Source: Magallana gigas (lineage: Eukaryota). Taken from it: DNA of 64,000 nucleotides. The translations under genes were made by a program, and so were the position numbers. The notes under the pieces are model-generated. The model worked only from the letters and a program-made list of their open reading frames with translations, did no database searches and was not told the DNA's origin. Below, one piece after another: positions 1-13,176 of the stretch (positions within the stretch are counted from its first letter, which is position 1; each line of letters begins with the position of its first letter). The stretch lies in the NCBI RefSeq assembly GCF_963853765.1, contig NC_088855.1, positions 34,100,001 through 34,164,000 on the forward strand. Direction: 5' to 3'.

Positions 1-98
1 TACAGTTTTCAAGATTGAAGTTGATGTTTTGCAGATCAACCAGACATATATAAGAGATGTGCATATTACTTGGATTTTGATTTTTTATAAGTAATTTA

Positions 99-2084
99 AA
101 CATAGGTAATCACAGATTACAAAGCTCACCGAGACGAGGCATCACCCTTATGAGATCACCTTTATCATATTATATGAAAATCATACTTTATGATCTTGGT
201 TATTCATGGATTCTGTTTTGACACAAAATCATATATCATCTGTTAAAAAATTGTATGAAAATCATATGTTCATATGTTAATCAATATAATAATATAAAAT
301 TAAATATTGCATCCTATCATACTTACAATATATATCATATAATACAATAAAATACTGTCATAAACAAAGATGATATTGTAAATATGAAATGACATTGTAT
401 TGTGTTAAACCTTATTGTATTTGATCCCATAATACAACATCATTATATATAATACAATATTGTATTATATGATAAAATATCATAATACATAATACATCAT
501 AACATTGAAACATATGATATTATATTGTATAATATAGTATGATATATTGTATTGTATGATATTGTATAATATTAGATACATAATATGATATTGTATCATA
601 TGATACAATATGATTTGATATAACATTATATCATATCAAATGATACAATTTTATGTGATAAAGTAAAATATTATATAATACAATATTATATTATATATAT
701 TGTATCATATGATACAATAATATATCATATAAACCAATATCATATTATACAATATCGTATGATACGATAATATATAATATAACAATATCATATAATACAG
801 TAATGCGTGATATAAATGTAAATTAAAGAAACCAATATCATATTATACAATATCGTATGATACAATATAATATTATATAATATTGTATCATAATATACCA
901 AACAATATCATCATACAATATCATATCATAAAATATCAAAAAAATTGATACAATATCATATCGTATCATATAACTTTTTACAATATAACATATGATATTA
1001 TATTGTATCATATTAAACAATAGTGTTTCATATCATACAATACTTTACCATAGGAATCATGTTATATCATTTAACAACAACATCATCTTCCTATCAAGCA
1101 GGTTTAAGTGAGGTAGGAAATTTCTTTAGCATACTTGATAATGGAGATCAGGCTGTGCATCTGAAGCAACTTCTGGGTTTCATTTATAATATAGTTAAAT
1201 CAACTATGCAAGCTATCATCTATTACACATGTGACCTGTTCCAAAAAACTAAACCTGATCCAGCATCTGTAACCTATGGCTCTGATTCAGCATTCAAGCC
1301 TGTCAGGTGCATCAGTATCATAAGACGCATCACCCATGCAAGTTTGGTGAAGTTAGGACCAGTAATAACTAAGATATCATCATCAGAGGGCACCAGCAAT
1401 TAAAACCTTAACCTCCTCCAGCACCGCAACCTATGGCTCAAATTCAGCATTCAAGCCGTTCAGGTGCATCAGTATAATAAGATGCACCATCCACACAAGT
1501 TTGATGAAGTTTGTACCAGGAGTAGCTAAGATATAACATTAGAGGGCACCTGTTTCAAAAAACTTTAACCAGCTCAAAAACCTTAACCTCCTCCAGCATC
1601 CGAAACCTATGGCTCAGATTCAGCATTCAAGCCTGTCAGGTGCATCAGTATCAAAAGACGCACCAACCATACAAGTTTGGTGAAATAAGGACCAGTAGTT
1701 ACTAAGATATTACCATCAGAGGGCACCTGCAACAAAAACTTTAACCTGCTCCAAAAACCTTAACCTCCTCCAGCATCCGAAACCTATAGCTCAGATTCAG
1801 CACTCAAGCCTGTCTAGTGCATCAGTATCATAAGACACACCATCCATGTAAGTTTGGTGAAGTTAGGACCAGGAAAAACTTAGATATTGCTATCAAAGGG
1901 CACCTGCAACAAAAACTTTAACCTGCTCCAAAAACCTTAACCTCCTTCAGCATCTGAAATGTAGGACCCAGATTCAGCATCCAAGTCTTTCAAGTCCATA
2001 AGTAGGTCCAGATGCATCATCCATGCAAGTTTGGTGAAGATAGGACAAGTAATAGCTTAGATACAGGACCTGCAACAAAAACTT
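99..2084 (-). mobile_element. Duplicated copy of the same HINE, truncated at 2084 and lacking the microsatellite/sub-TIR end
   Basis: Matches 2668-4830 except for one monomer, and breaks at aaaactt|attt. Confidence 0.8.
290..1020. repeat. AT-rich low-complexity tract (ATATC/ATTGT/ATAC motifs), duplicated at about 2860-3590
   Basis: Degenerate short repeats such as atatcata, tattgtat and atacaata. The ORFs 838..1020 and 3407..3589 (I/Y-rich) are artefacts of this tract. Confidence 0.85.
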
Positions 2085-2131
2085 ATTTAAGATAACAATT
2101 TAATTTGTCGTGTAAATTATCCGAATCATCC

Positions 2132-2233
2132 GGTCTTATGGAATTACCAAGGGTGTTTCTTGTCATATTTATATTGTTATCAGGTCTTATGGAATTACCA
2201 AGGGTGCTTCTTGTCATATTTATATTGTTATCA
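2132..2233. repeat. 51-bp direct tandem duplication (2 units)
   Basis: ggtcttatggaattaccaagggtg.ttcttgtcatatttatattgttatca begins at 2132 and at 2183. Confidence 0.9.
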
Positions 2234-2667
2234 GGTTTAATGTCATTAGTAAAATTTGTTCTTAACATACCAAGTAACAAAAATAAATTGACATCGACAT
2301 AACATTTGATGTTTCATTATTTTAACGAAAGTTCAGTTTCTATCTGATAGTCAAGATATTGTTTCATACTTTCTGCAGGTCTTATTAACAGGCATCAGAA
2401 GCAAATTTAGAGTTGAAAAAAAGGATAGTGGCTACAGTTATGTCTAACTTTGGGGGAAAAAAGTGGGGGGGGGGGGGGGGGTTTATACGGTTATTGAAAT
2501 GGGGAAAATGGCGGGTGGGCGGCTGCAAAAAGGGTAGCCCTATTGTTCGCATTACTCCTCTTACAGTCTTACAGTTTTCAAGATTTAAGTTGATGTTTTG
2601 CAGATCAACCAGACATATATAAGAGATGTGCATATTACTTGGATTTTGATTTTTTATAAGTAATTTA

Positions 2668-4914
2668 AACATAGGTAATCACAGATTACAAAGCTCACCG
2701 AGACGAGGCATCACCCTTATGAGATCACCTTTATCATATTATATGAAAATCATACTTTATGATCTTGGTTATTCATGGATTCTGTTTTGACACAAAATCA
2801 TATATCATCTGTTAAAAAATTGTATGAAAATCATATGTTCATATGTTAATCAATATAATAATATAAAATTAAATATTGCATCCTATCATACTTACAATAT
2901 ATATCATATAATACAATAAAATACTGTCATAAACAAAGATGATATTGTAAATATGAAATGACATTGTATTGTGTTAAACCTTATTGTATTTGATCCCATA
3001 ATACAACATCATTATATATAATACAATATTGTATTATATGATAAAATATCATAATACATAATACATCATAACATTGAAACATATGATATTATATTGTATA
3101 ATATAGTATGATATATTGTATTGTATGATATTGTATAATATTAGATACATAATATGATATTGTATCATATGATACAATATGATTTGATATAACATTATAT
3201 CATATCAAATGATACAATTTTATGTGATAAAGTAAAATATTATATAATACAATATTATATTATATATATTGTATCATATGATACAATAATATATCATATA
3301 AACCAATATCATATTATACAATATCGTATGATACGATAATATATAATATAACAATATCATATAATACAGTAATGCGTGATATAAATGTAAATTAAAGAAA
3401 CCAATATCATATTATACAATATCGTATGATACAATATAATATTATATAATATTGTATCATAATATACCAAACAATATCATCATACAATATCATATCATAA
3501 AATATCAAAAAAATTGATACAATATCATATCGTATCATATAACTTTTTACAATATAACATATGATATTATATTGTATCATATTAAACAATAGTGTTTCAT
3601 ATCATACAATACTTTACCATAGGAATCATGTTATATCATTTAACAACAACATCATCTTCCTATCAAGCAGGTTTAAGTGAGGTAGGAAATTTCTTTAGCA
3701 TACTTGATAATGGAGATCAGGCTGTGCATCTGAAGCAACTTCTGGGTTTCATTTATAATATAGTTAAATCAACTATGCAAGCTATCATCTATTACACATG
3801 TGACCTGTTCCAAAAAACTAAACCTGATCCAGCATCTGTAACCTATGGCTCTGATTCAGCATTCAAGCCTGTCAGGTGCATCAGTATCATAAGACGCATC
3901 ACCCATGCAAGTTTGGTGAAGTTAGGACCAGTAATAACTAAGATATCATCATCAGAGGGCACCAGCAATTAAAACCTTAACCTCCTCCAGCACCGCAACC
4001 TATGGCTCAAATTCAGCATTCAAGCCGTTCAGGTGCATCAGTATAATAAGATGCACCATCCACACAAGTTTGATGAAGTTTGTACCAGGAGTAGCTAAGA
4101 TATAACATTAGAGGGCACCTGTTTCAAAAAACTTTAACCAGCTCAAAAACCTTAACCTCCTCCAGCATCCGAAACCTATGGCTCAGATTCAGCATTCAAG
4201 CCTGTCAGGTGCATCAGTATCAAAAGACGCACCAACCATACAAGTTTGGTGAAATAAGGACCAGTAGTTACTAAGATATTACCATCAGAGGGCACCTGAA
4301 ACAAAAACTTTAACCAGCTCTTAAAACCTTAACCACCTCCAGCATCCGAAACCTATAGCTCAGATTCAGCATTCAAGCCTGCCTGGTGCATCAGTATCAT
4401 AAGACACACCATCCATGCAAGTTTGGTGAAGTACGGACCAGCAGTAACTTAGATATTACTATCAAAGGGCACCTGCAACAAAAACTTTAACCTGCTCCAA
4501 AAACCTTAACCTCCTCCAGCATCCGAAACCTATAGCTCAGATTCAGCACTCAAGCCTGTCTAGTGCATCAGTATCATAAGACACACCATCCATGTAAGTT
4601 TGGTGAAGTTAGGACCAGGAAAAACTTAGATATTGCTATCAAAGGGCACCTGCAACAAAAACTTTAACCTGCTCCAAAAACCTTAACCTCCTTCAGCATC
4701 TGAAATGTAGGACCCAGATTCAGCATCCAAGTCTTTCAAGTCCATAAGTAGGTCCAGATGCATCATCCATGCAAGTTTGGTGAAGATAGGACAAGTAATA
4801 GCTTAGATACAGGACCTGCAACAAAAACTTTAACCAGGTCCGGACGCCGACGCAACCGCCGACGCCGGGGGTATAGCATAAGCTCCCCTTGACTTCGTCT
4901 CGGTGAGCTAAAAA
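2668..4914 (-). mobile_element. Complete non-autonomous Helentron-like element (HINE, CvA/pearl-like layout) with a 177-bp tandem array, nested in another HINE
   Basis: 15-bp subterminal inverted repeats agctcaccgagacga (2692-2706) and tcgtctcggtgagct (4895-4909). Terminal hairpins at both ends (gtaatc-aca-gattac near 2676) and a GACGCC-type microsatellite at about 4840-4866. It interrupts the host element at an A-run, i.e. a TT site on the other strand. Confidence 0.8.
3812..4830. repeat. 177-bp satellite-like tandem array, about 6 monomers (about 5 in the copy at 1243-2084)
   Basis: gggcacc recurs at 4113, 4290, 4467 and 4644, an exact 177-bp period. Confidence 0.93.
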
Positions 4915-7900
4915 AGTACCAGCTGTTGAACTTTTCTTTTGCCATGTCATTTTCTTGCAGAATATTTCATATTTGAATGTGCCCTAATTGTACGGATAAC
5001 TCCTCCTACAGTTCAAAATAGGAATTTGTTGTCTTGCAGAGCAATTGTACATGTATCAGAGATGTGCATATTACTTGGAGCTTGATTTTTGATAATTTAT
5101 GAAAAAAGTAATTACCAGCAGTTGAACTTGGTTGTCTTCTGGCTGAATATTGCCCATGGGGTACTCCATTTCTCTGAATAGGTAGTGTTTATCGATTCAG
5201 GGTTGACAAATAGATGATTAATACAGCTCACACAAAAGAAAACTGGTTTGCTGTCACTTCGACAGCTTTTTATTTGTTGTTGAATAATTAAAAATGGGTT
5301 GTGATTTTTAAAACAAAATCGTACTGGAACTTGTTCTAACTGTTCCTCAAATCCTATTTATTACACTGAGCAACACCGTCTTCTTAAACGATCTAATTGT
5401 TTTATCTTCAAAAGAGTTTATTTTAGATATATTTTCAACATAAAGAAAATCTCGACGAAAGTGCAAAATAATTTAATTTTCAAGGAAATATCCAATGCCC
5501 ACAAACTCAAAAAGTAGGTCATTAACCTAGTTTTATAATAGCGCCAAAAAAGTTCTATAAGATATAATATTATGGTTTTTTAACATTATCAGTGGAATTT
5601 TTATGCATTCGATTCTTATGTAAACATCGTCATTAACACGTGCATGATCATATCATTTTCTTGATTCAATAGTTATATATATTAAATATAATTATATATT
5701 TAGATAAGCTATGTTGGCAAAAGAATTTCTGCACAGTGTTCTCCATAACTCGAAATATTGGTTAGTATGTTTAAAACATCTTTCCAGAGAACATACTGGT
5801 TTATCATGATATAAAATTTAAAACACTATACATGTATTTGTCTCCAGAATCAAATATTTTTACATCATTGCCATGGATTGCTAAAAAATATCCATTCATG
5901 TTTTATTTTACTTTTTACATTTAAAATAAGTTAATAACTTCTAGCTACAGTGGCCTTACTAATGGAAGTGAGTATTCTCCTGATCTCTTGTTGTATCATA
6001 ACTTTAATTTCAAATATTACACAATACATTATATATACTCCCTACTAATGACAGTTGTGCTAGATGATACATTCAATCCTCGCCAACACTTCAACATTCA
6101 TCTGACACAGTAACAGAGGTAAGCTAGTATATACTAGAACCGTTTTAACAGGAGCTTGGACTTTGGGTAGTTGTGTCAAACAGCAATTTGACGTAGGCCT
6201 GTTTATTTCACTGCTGGCCTCTCATCCATGGCTCTTTGAAATCAACAAGATTTGTGTGGCTTTTGAGCTAAGACTACGCAACCGGTGTATATTTCACTTT
6301 AAACAGCGTCATTTTCAAATTGTTTTGACGCAGAAAAACCGATAGTTACATGCTACTGAGTCCAAGTTCTTGTTAAAATGGTTCTAAATTCCTCAATATG
6401 ATCATTTCTGAATAGAGCTCTGGAACAGTAACAGTATTCTGTAACATGTGGTCAGGATTTGTATGATTATTTCCAGGCTGCTAGATGCTACAAAAATGAA
6501 ATGAAAAAAATTAATTTTATGGAAATGGAACATGTTCAACAAACGATCAATAAAGTCACAACCAGAGAAAAAGTCCTAGATTATCTTTGAAATCTTGAGA
6601 TTTATGATTTTTGGAGCATAAAAATCGTATGTACAATTGCAAATAACATTTAACAACAAATCATAGAGGTTAGTTGAGTTTAAAAAAAAAAAAAAGTGTT
6701 AATTTTAAGCTCGTGTAAATTTCAATATATAATATCCTCATGAAAAAAATTAACTTATGAAACATGCATTTTTTAAACTTTGCATTGCTCTTAAATATGT
6801 ACAATAAATTGGTTTTAACGTAAAGGGAAGATATTTGCCCAGTTTACAAACTATTGCCATTCGAATTAATTTTGCATGTCTACAAGATCATTAAAATTTA
6901 ATTGAACAATGATCATGTTCTAAAAATGCATTTTCCTAGGGTTTTTTTTTTATCACTGAGCTTGATTACATATGAGTTTAATGTATACTCGTAGAAATAC
7001 CCTCATACACGAATCGGCAGCTGTTTTAATTTTTCATTCAAAGATACCAAAGTGTTCATTCTATTATCAAGTCAAACTAGTCGAATCTAACTAGCTACAT
7101 GTAAGTATGATGATATAGATATAAGTGAAATCGACAATAAATTTGTATCGATGACGGGATAATTTTCCAGATTTCTTCGTCACATTGGTAGTCTGTTTGC
7201 AAACAAGCTTTAAAAATGTGCATAGCTTGAATCGAAGCCATTTTTATTAAAACGTAGATGACTCATTGCATCGATGTTAAAAGTACCTAATTCGCAAAAA
7301 AAGAAGCTTATCTGGCACTAAATATGTTTATTCATGACAAATGCTATTTCGGAATTCAAAAATCCTCAATGAATGGTAGGAAGATTTATCTTATCTTAAT
7401 TAAAATCTGGATCATGCAAAGCCTGAACTGATCATCAAAAAAGTATTGCATATCTTACAAAATTGCGCGATGCAATGCATGTTTACCATCAGAGTATTCT
7501 TTTGATGCTCTCAGATAATAAAGTTCTTACGTCTTTGCACTCTTTACGATGTGATTTAATGTTAGAAAGTTTTCCTTTTTTTCTAACTCAAAAACTGGAA
7601 AGCCATATCTTTTAATTTCTCTGTATTAATGCCAGGATAAAAATTAAAGCCAGCTATATGCCAGATTATTTCGTAGCATAGACTTGGAAAAAAAATTTAA
7701 AATGTTTTCTTCAAAGATCCTGTTTTATAGTAAAACCACAATTAATGTGAGTCAAGCATAGAAAACCTCTTGACTTAACACACTGACTGATAGCCGCTCT
7801 TAATTTGCACTATTACACGAATTTTATATAAAAAAAAATTTGAATAACGGCTGCATTGCGTTCTCCTGTTTGACTGTACATTAAAAGCCTGGTGTCGATC

Positions 7901-8845
7901 CAGCGCTTCTTGTCGATACTGAAATGCACTTAGAATAATGTCAGATCATAACTAGTTAATGACGCTTTTGCCACTTAACGTGTTATGATAGAGCGGTGTA
8001 TCTGCATTTCAAACATTTATAAACAGCGGGGAAAACGGCGAACTCTAGCGACGAATTATTGTTTCCAGACCAAATCCAAGCTTTATCAAAGACTTTGCCA
8101 TTTTTTCTTGGGAGAAAGATTCATCTTAATTTAATTTAGCACATTAGATAATGATATCAAAAATATAAATCCTATAAATATTTTCACGCATTTCATAAGA
8201 GATGGTGACCGATAAAAAATTACTCATTGTGTACATTTAGGTTTTCAGGCCAACAATAACAATGTATAAAGATTGTGTTAAAAGGGATCAGGAATTTAGA
8301 TTACAACACTTATCGCTATGAACATACGAGCAAAATTTTACACAAAACTGTTACCGTTTCACTGTAGATAAGTGAATTACCTTCTCATGTAACACATGTA
8401 TTTTTATCTTTATATTGGTTTACAAAGGTCTTCAAATTTTGAATTTAAACAACTATCAGGTTGATATTAGCACCTACAAAAAATCATACTGGCAAAAAAA
8501 ATGAAGAATCCTTATGTAAAGAGGACAATATCGAAAACCTTAGAGTTTAAATAATTACGCTACAGGAGCGATTCTCATACCGGTATTTCATACCGATAAT
8601 TAAAACTTGTTTCAAATTTTTCAAACATATTGGTTATGAATGCAGGCGTGTCGTTTAAGTCATAGGTGAATTTATAGTGAAGTGACCCTTACCAGTTTAA
8701 AATCGCATCTAAAAAAAATACATGTATCAGTTTGAGGTTCATCACTTTCGATGCGTATTAAAAAGGAAAAACAAAAGAAAACATCAAATACATTTGATAT
8801 ATTTTATGTTGTAAATGTAAGTACTATTTAGAAATTGAATGAAAT

Positions 8846-9137
8846 TGAATATATGGGACACCTCTATTTTGTAACGTACTTCTATAAAATCAAGTATAAT
8901 TTGATTTTTGTTTCCTAAATGGGTAACCTAAAAGCGTAACGCAGTGGTTTTCAGCGTTAACTACGAATTTGAGAGTTCGAATCCTGCTGGGGCTTTAATG
9001 GTTTTTATCCTCCAAAAAAATTTAAAAAATATTTTTGGTCAAATACTGTAAAATTTCACAGTTCTTAAATGGTAAAAGTATTTTGATGTAAATATACTTT
9101 TTGTCCACTTTTATTTACAGAGGTGTTCAATTCCACC
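8846..9137. mobile_element. Degenerate Kolobok-type MITE with an internal tRNA-like A/B-box module
   Basis: Imperfect TIRs (..atgggacacctc / gaggtgttcaattccacc). A-box-like TAACGCAGTGG at 8937 and B-box GTTCGAATC at 8975, followed by ctggggcttt as in the 63065 element. Confidence 0.55.
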
Positions 9138-10074
9138 TGAAAAAATTTCTGAAAATCAAAAACCTCACCCCCTAAACATAATATAAACTTGATATTACGC
9201 TGTGTAAGACCAAATAAATTCATTTTTTAATTAATCCAATCTGGAAAAATTTTCCGAAACAATGATATCGAAGTTTATCTACAGTGTGCAACTTGCGAGG
9301 CCAGAGCTACGCCACGCACCAAGAAGCGTGATATGCCTTATATTAATGGCAATTGATTGGTTTCTTTGAGTTATCATCTACTGCATTAAGACAGACCGAG
9401 TAACTCTTACAGTTTTCCAACTCCTTTAGGTGAATTAGCCATTCAAGAGTAATTTCCTAGAATGCTAAAATCTCTAGCTGTCAATATGACGTGAAGGCCT
9501 TCTTTGCTGGTCGTCTTGATTTATAAATAGAGGACATGTTTGTTTCATTATGGAGACTAGCACAGAACTTTGTCATTAATTTATCTTAACCAAGTAGAAA
9601 CACCGCCGTTTAATCAATTGATTCGCCATAAATATCTGAGGAACACGCTAGTTTTCTTCTGACGACTGCACATTTTCTCTTTGTGTGGCAAGTTTAATTT
9701 CTGTCCGACTTAAACTCTGTCAGTCTAACGTTAGTTTAACAACCAATCTAGAAGACATAACAGGATACACGAACCAAAATGGGTTAAGAACGATTGTCGG
9801 TTCGTCGCCGATGATATAATTTTGGCTCAAGACCATTCCGCAAGGATTTACATAGTTACTCTTGCATTTCAATTCCAAACTGTCTATAAGGGTATACAAT
9901 AAAGTGTTCTAATGGAATGCATTACACGAGCTAAACTCAAGTAAAACTGTTACACACAGCTAGGTTAGATTTTAAAAAAAACCTTAGTTTAGAATTGGTA
10001 GTCTGTAATAGAAAATCGATCATTTATACAATTATTATCATTTTTGTTCACCTTTGACTGCATCGATCAGTTAT

Positions 10075-10464
10075 TTTTACGTCACTCGGGTGACCTATTG
10101 CTATCTGTTTCGTTCGTCGTTCGTAAAATTTTGAACATTTTTAGCTTCTTCTCTTGAACCAATGAACCAATTTAAACCAAATTTGGTTTATAACATTTAT
10201 GAGTGAAGGGGAGTAACAATTGTGAATTTCATGGTCCCTGTCTCCCTGGAACCTGAGGGTTGTGGCTAAAACCAGCAAAATTAGTTCAATTCTAAAAAAT
10301 TCCTCTTCTTTACTCCTGGACCTCAAGCAGTCAAACTGCTGATTGTAATTAGCATTGAGCTCTCTGTCAAAATTGTGAAATTTATGGCCAAGGGTCAAGG
10401 GTTCTGGTGTAAGAACAGGGCTCTAATGATTATTTAATGAAAATGCATGAAGAATTTCAAAAAT

Positions 10465-10532
<68 letters not shown>

Positions 10533-10615
10533 GCCATTGAATTAAGTACATAGTTTTGATAAGGAAGAATATCTCTTGCAAAATTGTGAATTTCATGGCC
10601 CCTGGGTCAGGGGTA
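10075..10615 (+). mobile_element. HINE fragment (CvA-like core) interrupted by an (AT)n microsatellite
   Basis: 5' gtcactcgggtgacc hairpin, ttcgttcgtcgttcg microsatellite, and repeated core aaaattgtgaatttcatggcccctggg. Confidence 0.65.
10468..10530. repeat. (AT)31 microsatellite
   Basis: Read directly from the sequence. Confidence 0.98.
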
Positions 10616-11017
10616 CTTTATCAATTTCTGTAAGGTACACTGGAAAAGCTTAAGCATTAAGAGGCTCTGAAACAAAAGAAAACATTATTGTTATCCTGTA
10701 AAGATTGTTTTGCTTCAATTTGGTTATTAGAGAATCTTAATTTTGATAACAATTAATGATGTGTTCTAATCTTTCTTACCACTAAAATTTAAGTTTAAGT
10801 TGAATGCATGTTTATCAAAATAAAACTATTTCTTCTCAAAAATAACATTCAGAAAAATACAGGTCATATTGTTTCAATTATTATCATTAGATAAATTGTT
10901 CGAAACACACTTTGTCTAAAAATATTAAATTATAAATGAATTAAATACATAAGGTAATGATAAAATCGTGTAACAGATAGCGATAAACAATTCATGACCA
11001 TTTGTTAATTGATTATA

Positions 11018-11513
11018 AAGAGCATGGTCACGATTTTGCTAAGAATTTATATTTCCGCTTTTAATGTTTGCAATGCTTCAGTAAGGCATTTCTAATAGTC
11101 AACCAAGTGGCAGTCGTCGATAAATGCGCGAAATACAGAGCTCACAATTGTTTGTTATGTGAAATATAACTTAGGTCGTGTTTTTGTTTACATGTTTAAT
11201 GTATAAAAGAAAATTCCATGTTTAGACCAAACATGAATGTGACAAACGCTAGGAACTGTTTGTTTACGTTCAAAACGAATTAGCAGATAGAAAAATTAGT
11301 TCGAAAAACAATTTTTACTTGTACATTGAACCAATGTCACCAAAAAACATAAAACTTGTTTACATAACAAAAAGTTGTGGCCGATTATCTTAATTATAAC
11401 CCTACGAATGACACTCAAATTTTAGTTGATCATTAGAATTAAATATATTACTAAAGCATTTTAACAATAATGACAGAAAAATAAAATTTGACCAAAATCG
11501 TGATCATGCCCCT
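11018..11513. mobile_element. MITE of about 500 bp with long imperfect TIRs, TTAA-flanked (Kolobok-like), copy 1
   Basis: Ends ..gcatggtcacgattttg / caaaatcgtgatcatgcccct followed by TTAA at 11514. Homologous to 16306-16802. Confidence 0.8.
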
Positions 11514-11707
11514 TTAAAGAAATAAATTCAAAACTATTAATTATTTGATCGAAAAAGTAATTTCTAACAATTTGTAGTTTTCATGCTAGGCCTAGTATAT
11601 ATTTAGTCCTAGATGTTTTATAATACCCAGAAAAATACTTGTCATGCATAATTAATAGCTACAACATACTACATGTAACAAATACATGTATTTAGTATAG
11701 TCTATAA

Positions 11708-12115
11708 TTTTTATACCCCCCCCCCTTCCGAAGAAGAGAGGGTTTACTGTTATAACCTTGTGCGTCTGTTTGTCCCTCCGTTACCTTTCTGTCGCATTTT
11801 CTCTGCAACTATTAATCGCAGAAACTCGCTTGAAATTTTAACAAACTCTTTGTTTAGGTATGACATGGCGTAGGATTTATTTTTGTACCAATCCGAAGAC
11901 AACTTCCTGTTAAAACACGACATTGTTTATTTATCTCCTTAATTAATTTTTGAAGTTTTTGTCAAAGATTTTTCGGCAACTGTTCATCGCAGATGCTTTA
12001 AGTTTTTGCACACCCTTTGTTTAGGCATGCATGGTGGCATTCATTTCTTATTTTGTATATCATTCATATCAGAGTGGTGGTATCACTAGCAAACATTGGC
12101 TCACAGATATTTGTT
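11708..12115 (+). mobile_element. Short complete HINE with two core repeats; resembles oyster Helitron-N/Cg170-type elements as recalled
   Basis: 5' tttttatacccc, gtctgtttgtccctccgt microsatellite, core gcaact.tt.atcgcaga repeated twice, and 3' ggtggtatcactagc..cattggctcacagatatttgtt. A second copy is at 54430-54761. Confidence 0.65.
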
Positions 12116-12183
12116 AAATTAATAATGTGTGTCTTTAAAACATTTACGTCTTTTTATTGGAACGTAATGTTCAAGTATATCAC

Positions 12184-12330
12184 GAGTGACCTGTCAGCAG
12201 AGGATGCTTACTCCTCCATGGCACCTGATCCTGCCTCGAATTTTTGTACAGGTCCGTGTTTTCTCTGCTCCTGTTTTGTATTTTTCCTTTGAACTTTTAA
12301 TTATGAAAACTGTTCATTATCGCCATATTT
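12184..12330 (+). mobile_element. Probable 3'-terminal fragment of a Penelope-like retroelement
   Basis: gtgacc.gtc..cag.ggatgcttactcctcc..ggcacctgatcc...ggtccgtgtt...ttttgtatt resembles a common oyster Penelope-like 3' end. This is from memory and not verified by search. Confidence 0.45.
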
Positions 12331-13176
12331 CATGATTCCTACGCCTACTGCTTCTCATCAGGTCTATCAGAAGGGACATTAACTTCAGTCTTTGATTCAA
12401 AGAACATGATTATGTCATTGGTTGTTGAAGCACATTGTCAAGATATTCTCTTTCTTATTCATGTATATTGTCCGTCTCCGCCATTTACATTGTATTATGA
12501 AATTTCCGAAACATGATCAATTTCATGTAGATGAGAGCTGTCTGTGTTGTTCGAATGATTTTACATCGTCCATTCCCACCAGTTTAAACATACGAGAAGG
12601 CGAACCTTATTTCTGCGGATGCAAAACCTTAATAAATAAGCTTATTAATTATCACTTTATGACATCAATGCACTCCTCGTCGACTTCTGACTCAAGAGTA
12701 GGAGAAATTAGGTGTTCACAGTTTGTGTCCAATGCATGATCAGTCAAAGTGGTACATGTAGTGACTATACATACATGTAGTGACTGTGCATTTTAACGAA
12801 ACTTTGAAGAAAAATTCTATGAGAGATACCTTAAAAATAATAATTGCCATCAGTTTAGTATGTCAATAATAAAACGCTTTGAAATTGAGCTGAGAAAACC
12901 AAAGACGGTTCCTGCATCATACAGTATGTCATGACTACCAGGATAACAAGAATATTGAAAACAGGTTAGAAAATACTGGGCCCGATAGCCACTAAGTGGG
13001 GTACAACCAAACAAAAATATTAAGATCCAGGTAGTAATGTATAATACACTATATGTTTATTCTTTTAAATTAAGGTACCGTGGTCATTTATTTAATGCAC
13101 TAGATATGAATTCCACTAAAGGGAAAAAGATCCCAAAAACCTTAAGGTCCAAAAACGTCTGACGAATATATAGTGT

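Larger units (their letters stand above)
1..4830. repeat. Near-identical tandem duplication: 1-2084 recurs at 2570-4830 (offset 2569), with one extra 177-bp monomer in the second copy
   Basis: Identical ORFs at 838/3407 and 1023/3592. The offset rises to 2746 (2569+177) after the array. The only substitution I noticed is at 16/2585. Confidence 0.95.
2386..5277 (+). mobile_element. Host HINE (GGGC-microsatellite family), split by the nested element: left part 2386-2667, right part 4915-5277
   Basis: Both parts are collinear with the intact family member at 17678-18034 (ggcggctgc...actcctcctacag...gtgcatatt...taccagc..ttgaac). The 3' hairpin gctgtc/gacagc is at about 5250-5266. Confidence 0.75.

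Noticed and set aside
150-170. tgagatca, similar to the bantam miRNA seed
   Set aside because: The remainder does not match, there is no hairpin, and it lies in TE cargo.
1023-1403. 126-aa ORFs at 1023 and 3592
   Set aside because: They run from low-complexity DNA into the first 177-bp monomer of a HINE and contain no recognisable domain.
1243-4830. Regularly spaced repeats as a CRISPR array
   Set aside because: These are whole-monomer tandem repeats with no unique spacers and no cas genes, in a eukaryotic context.
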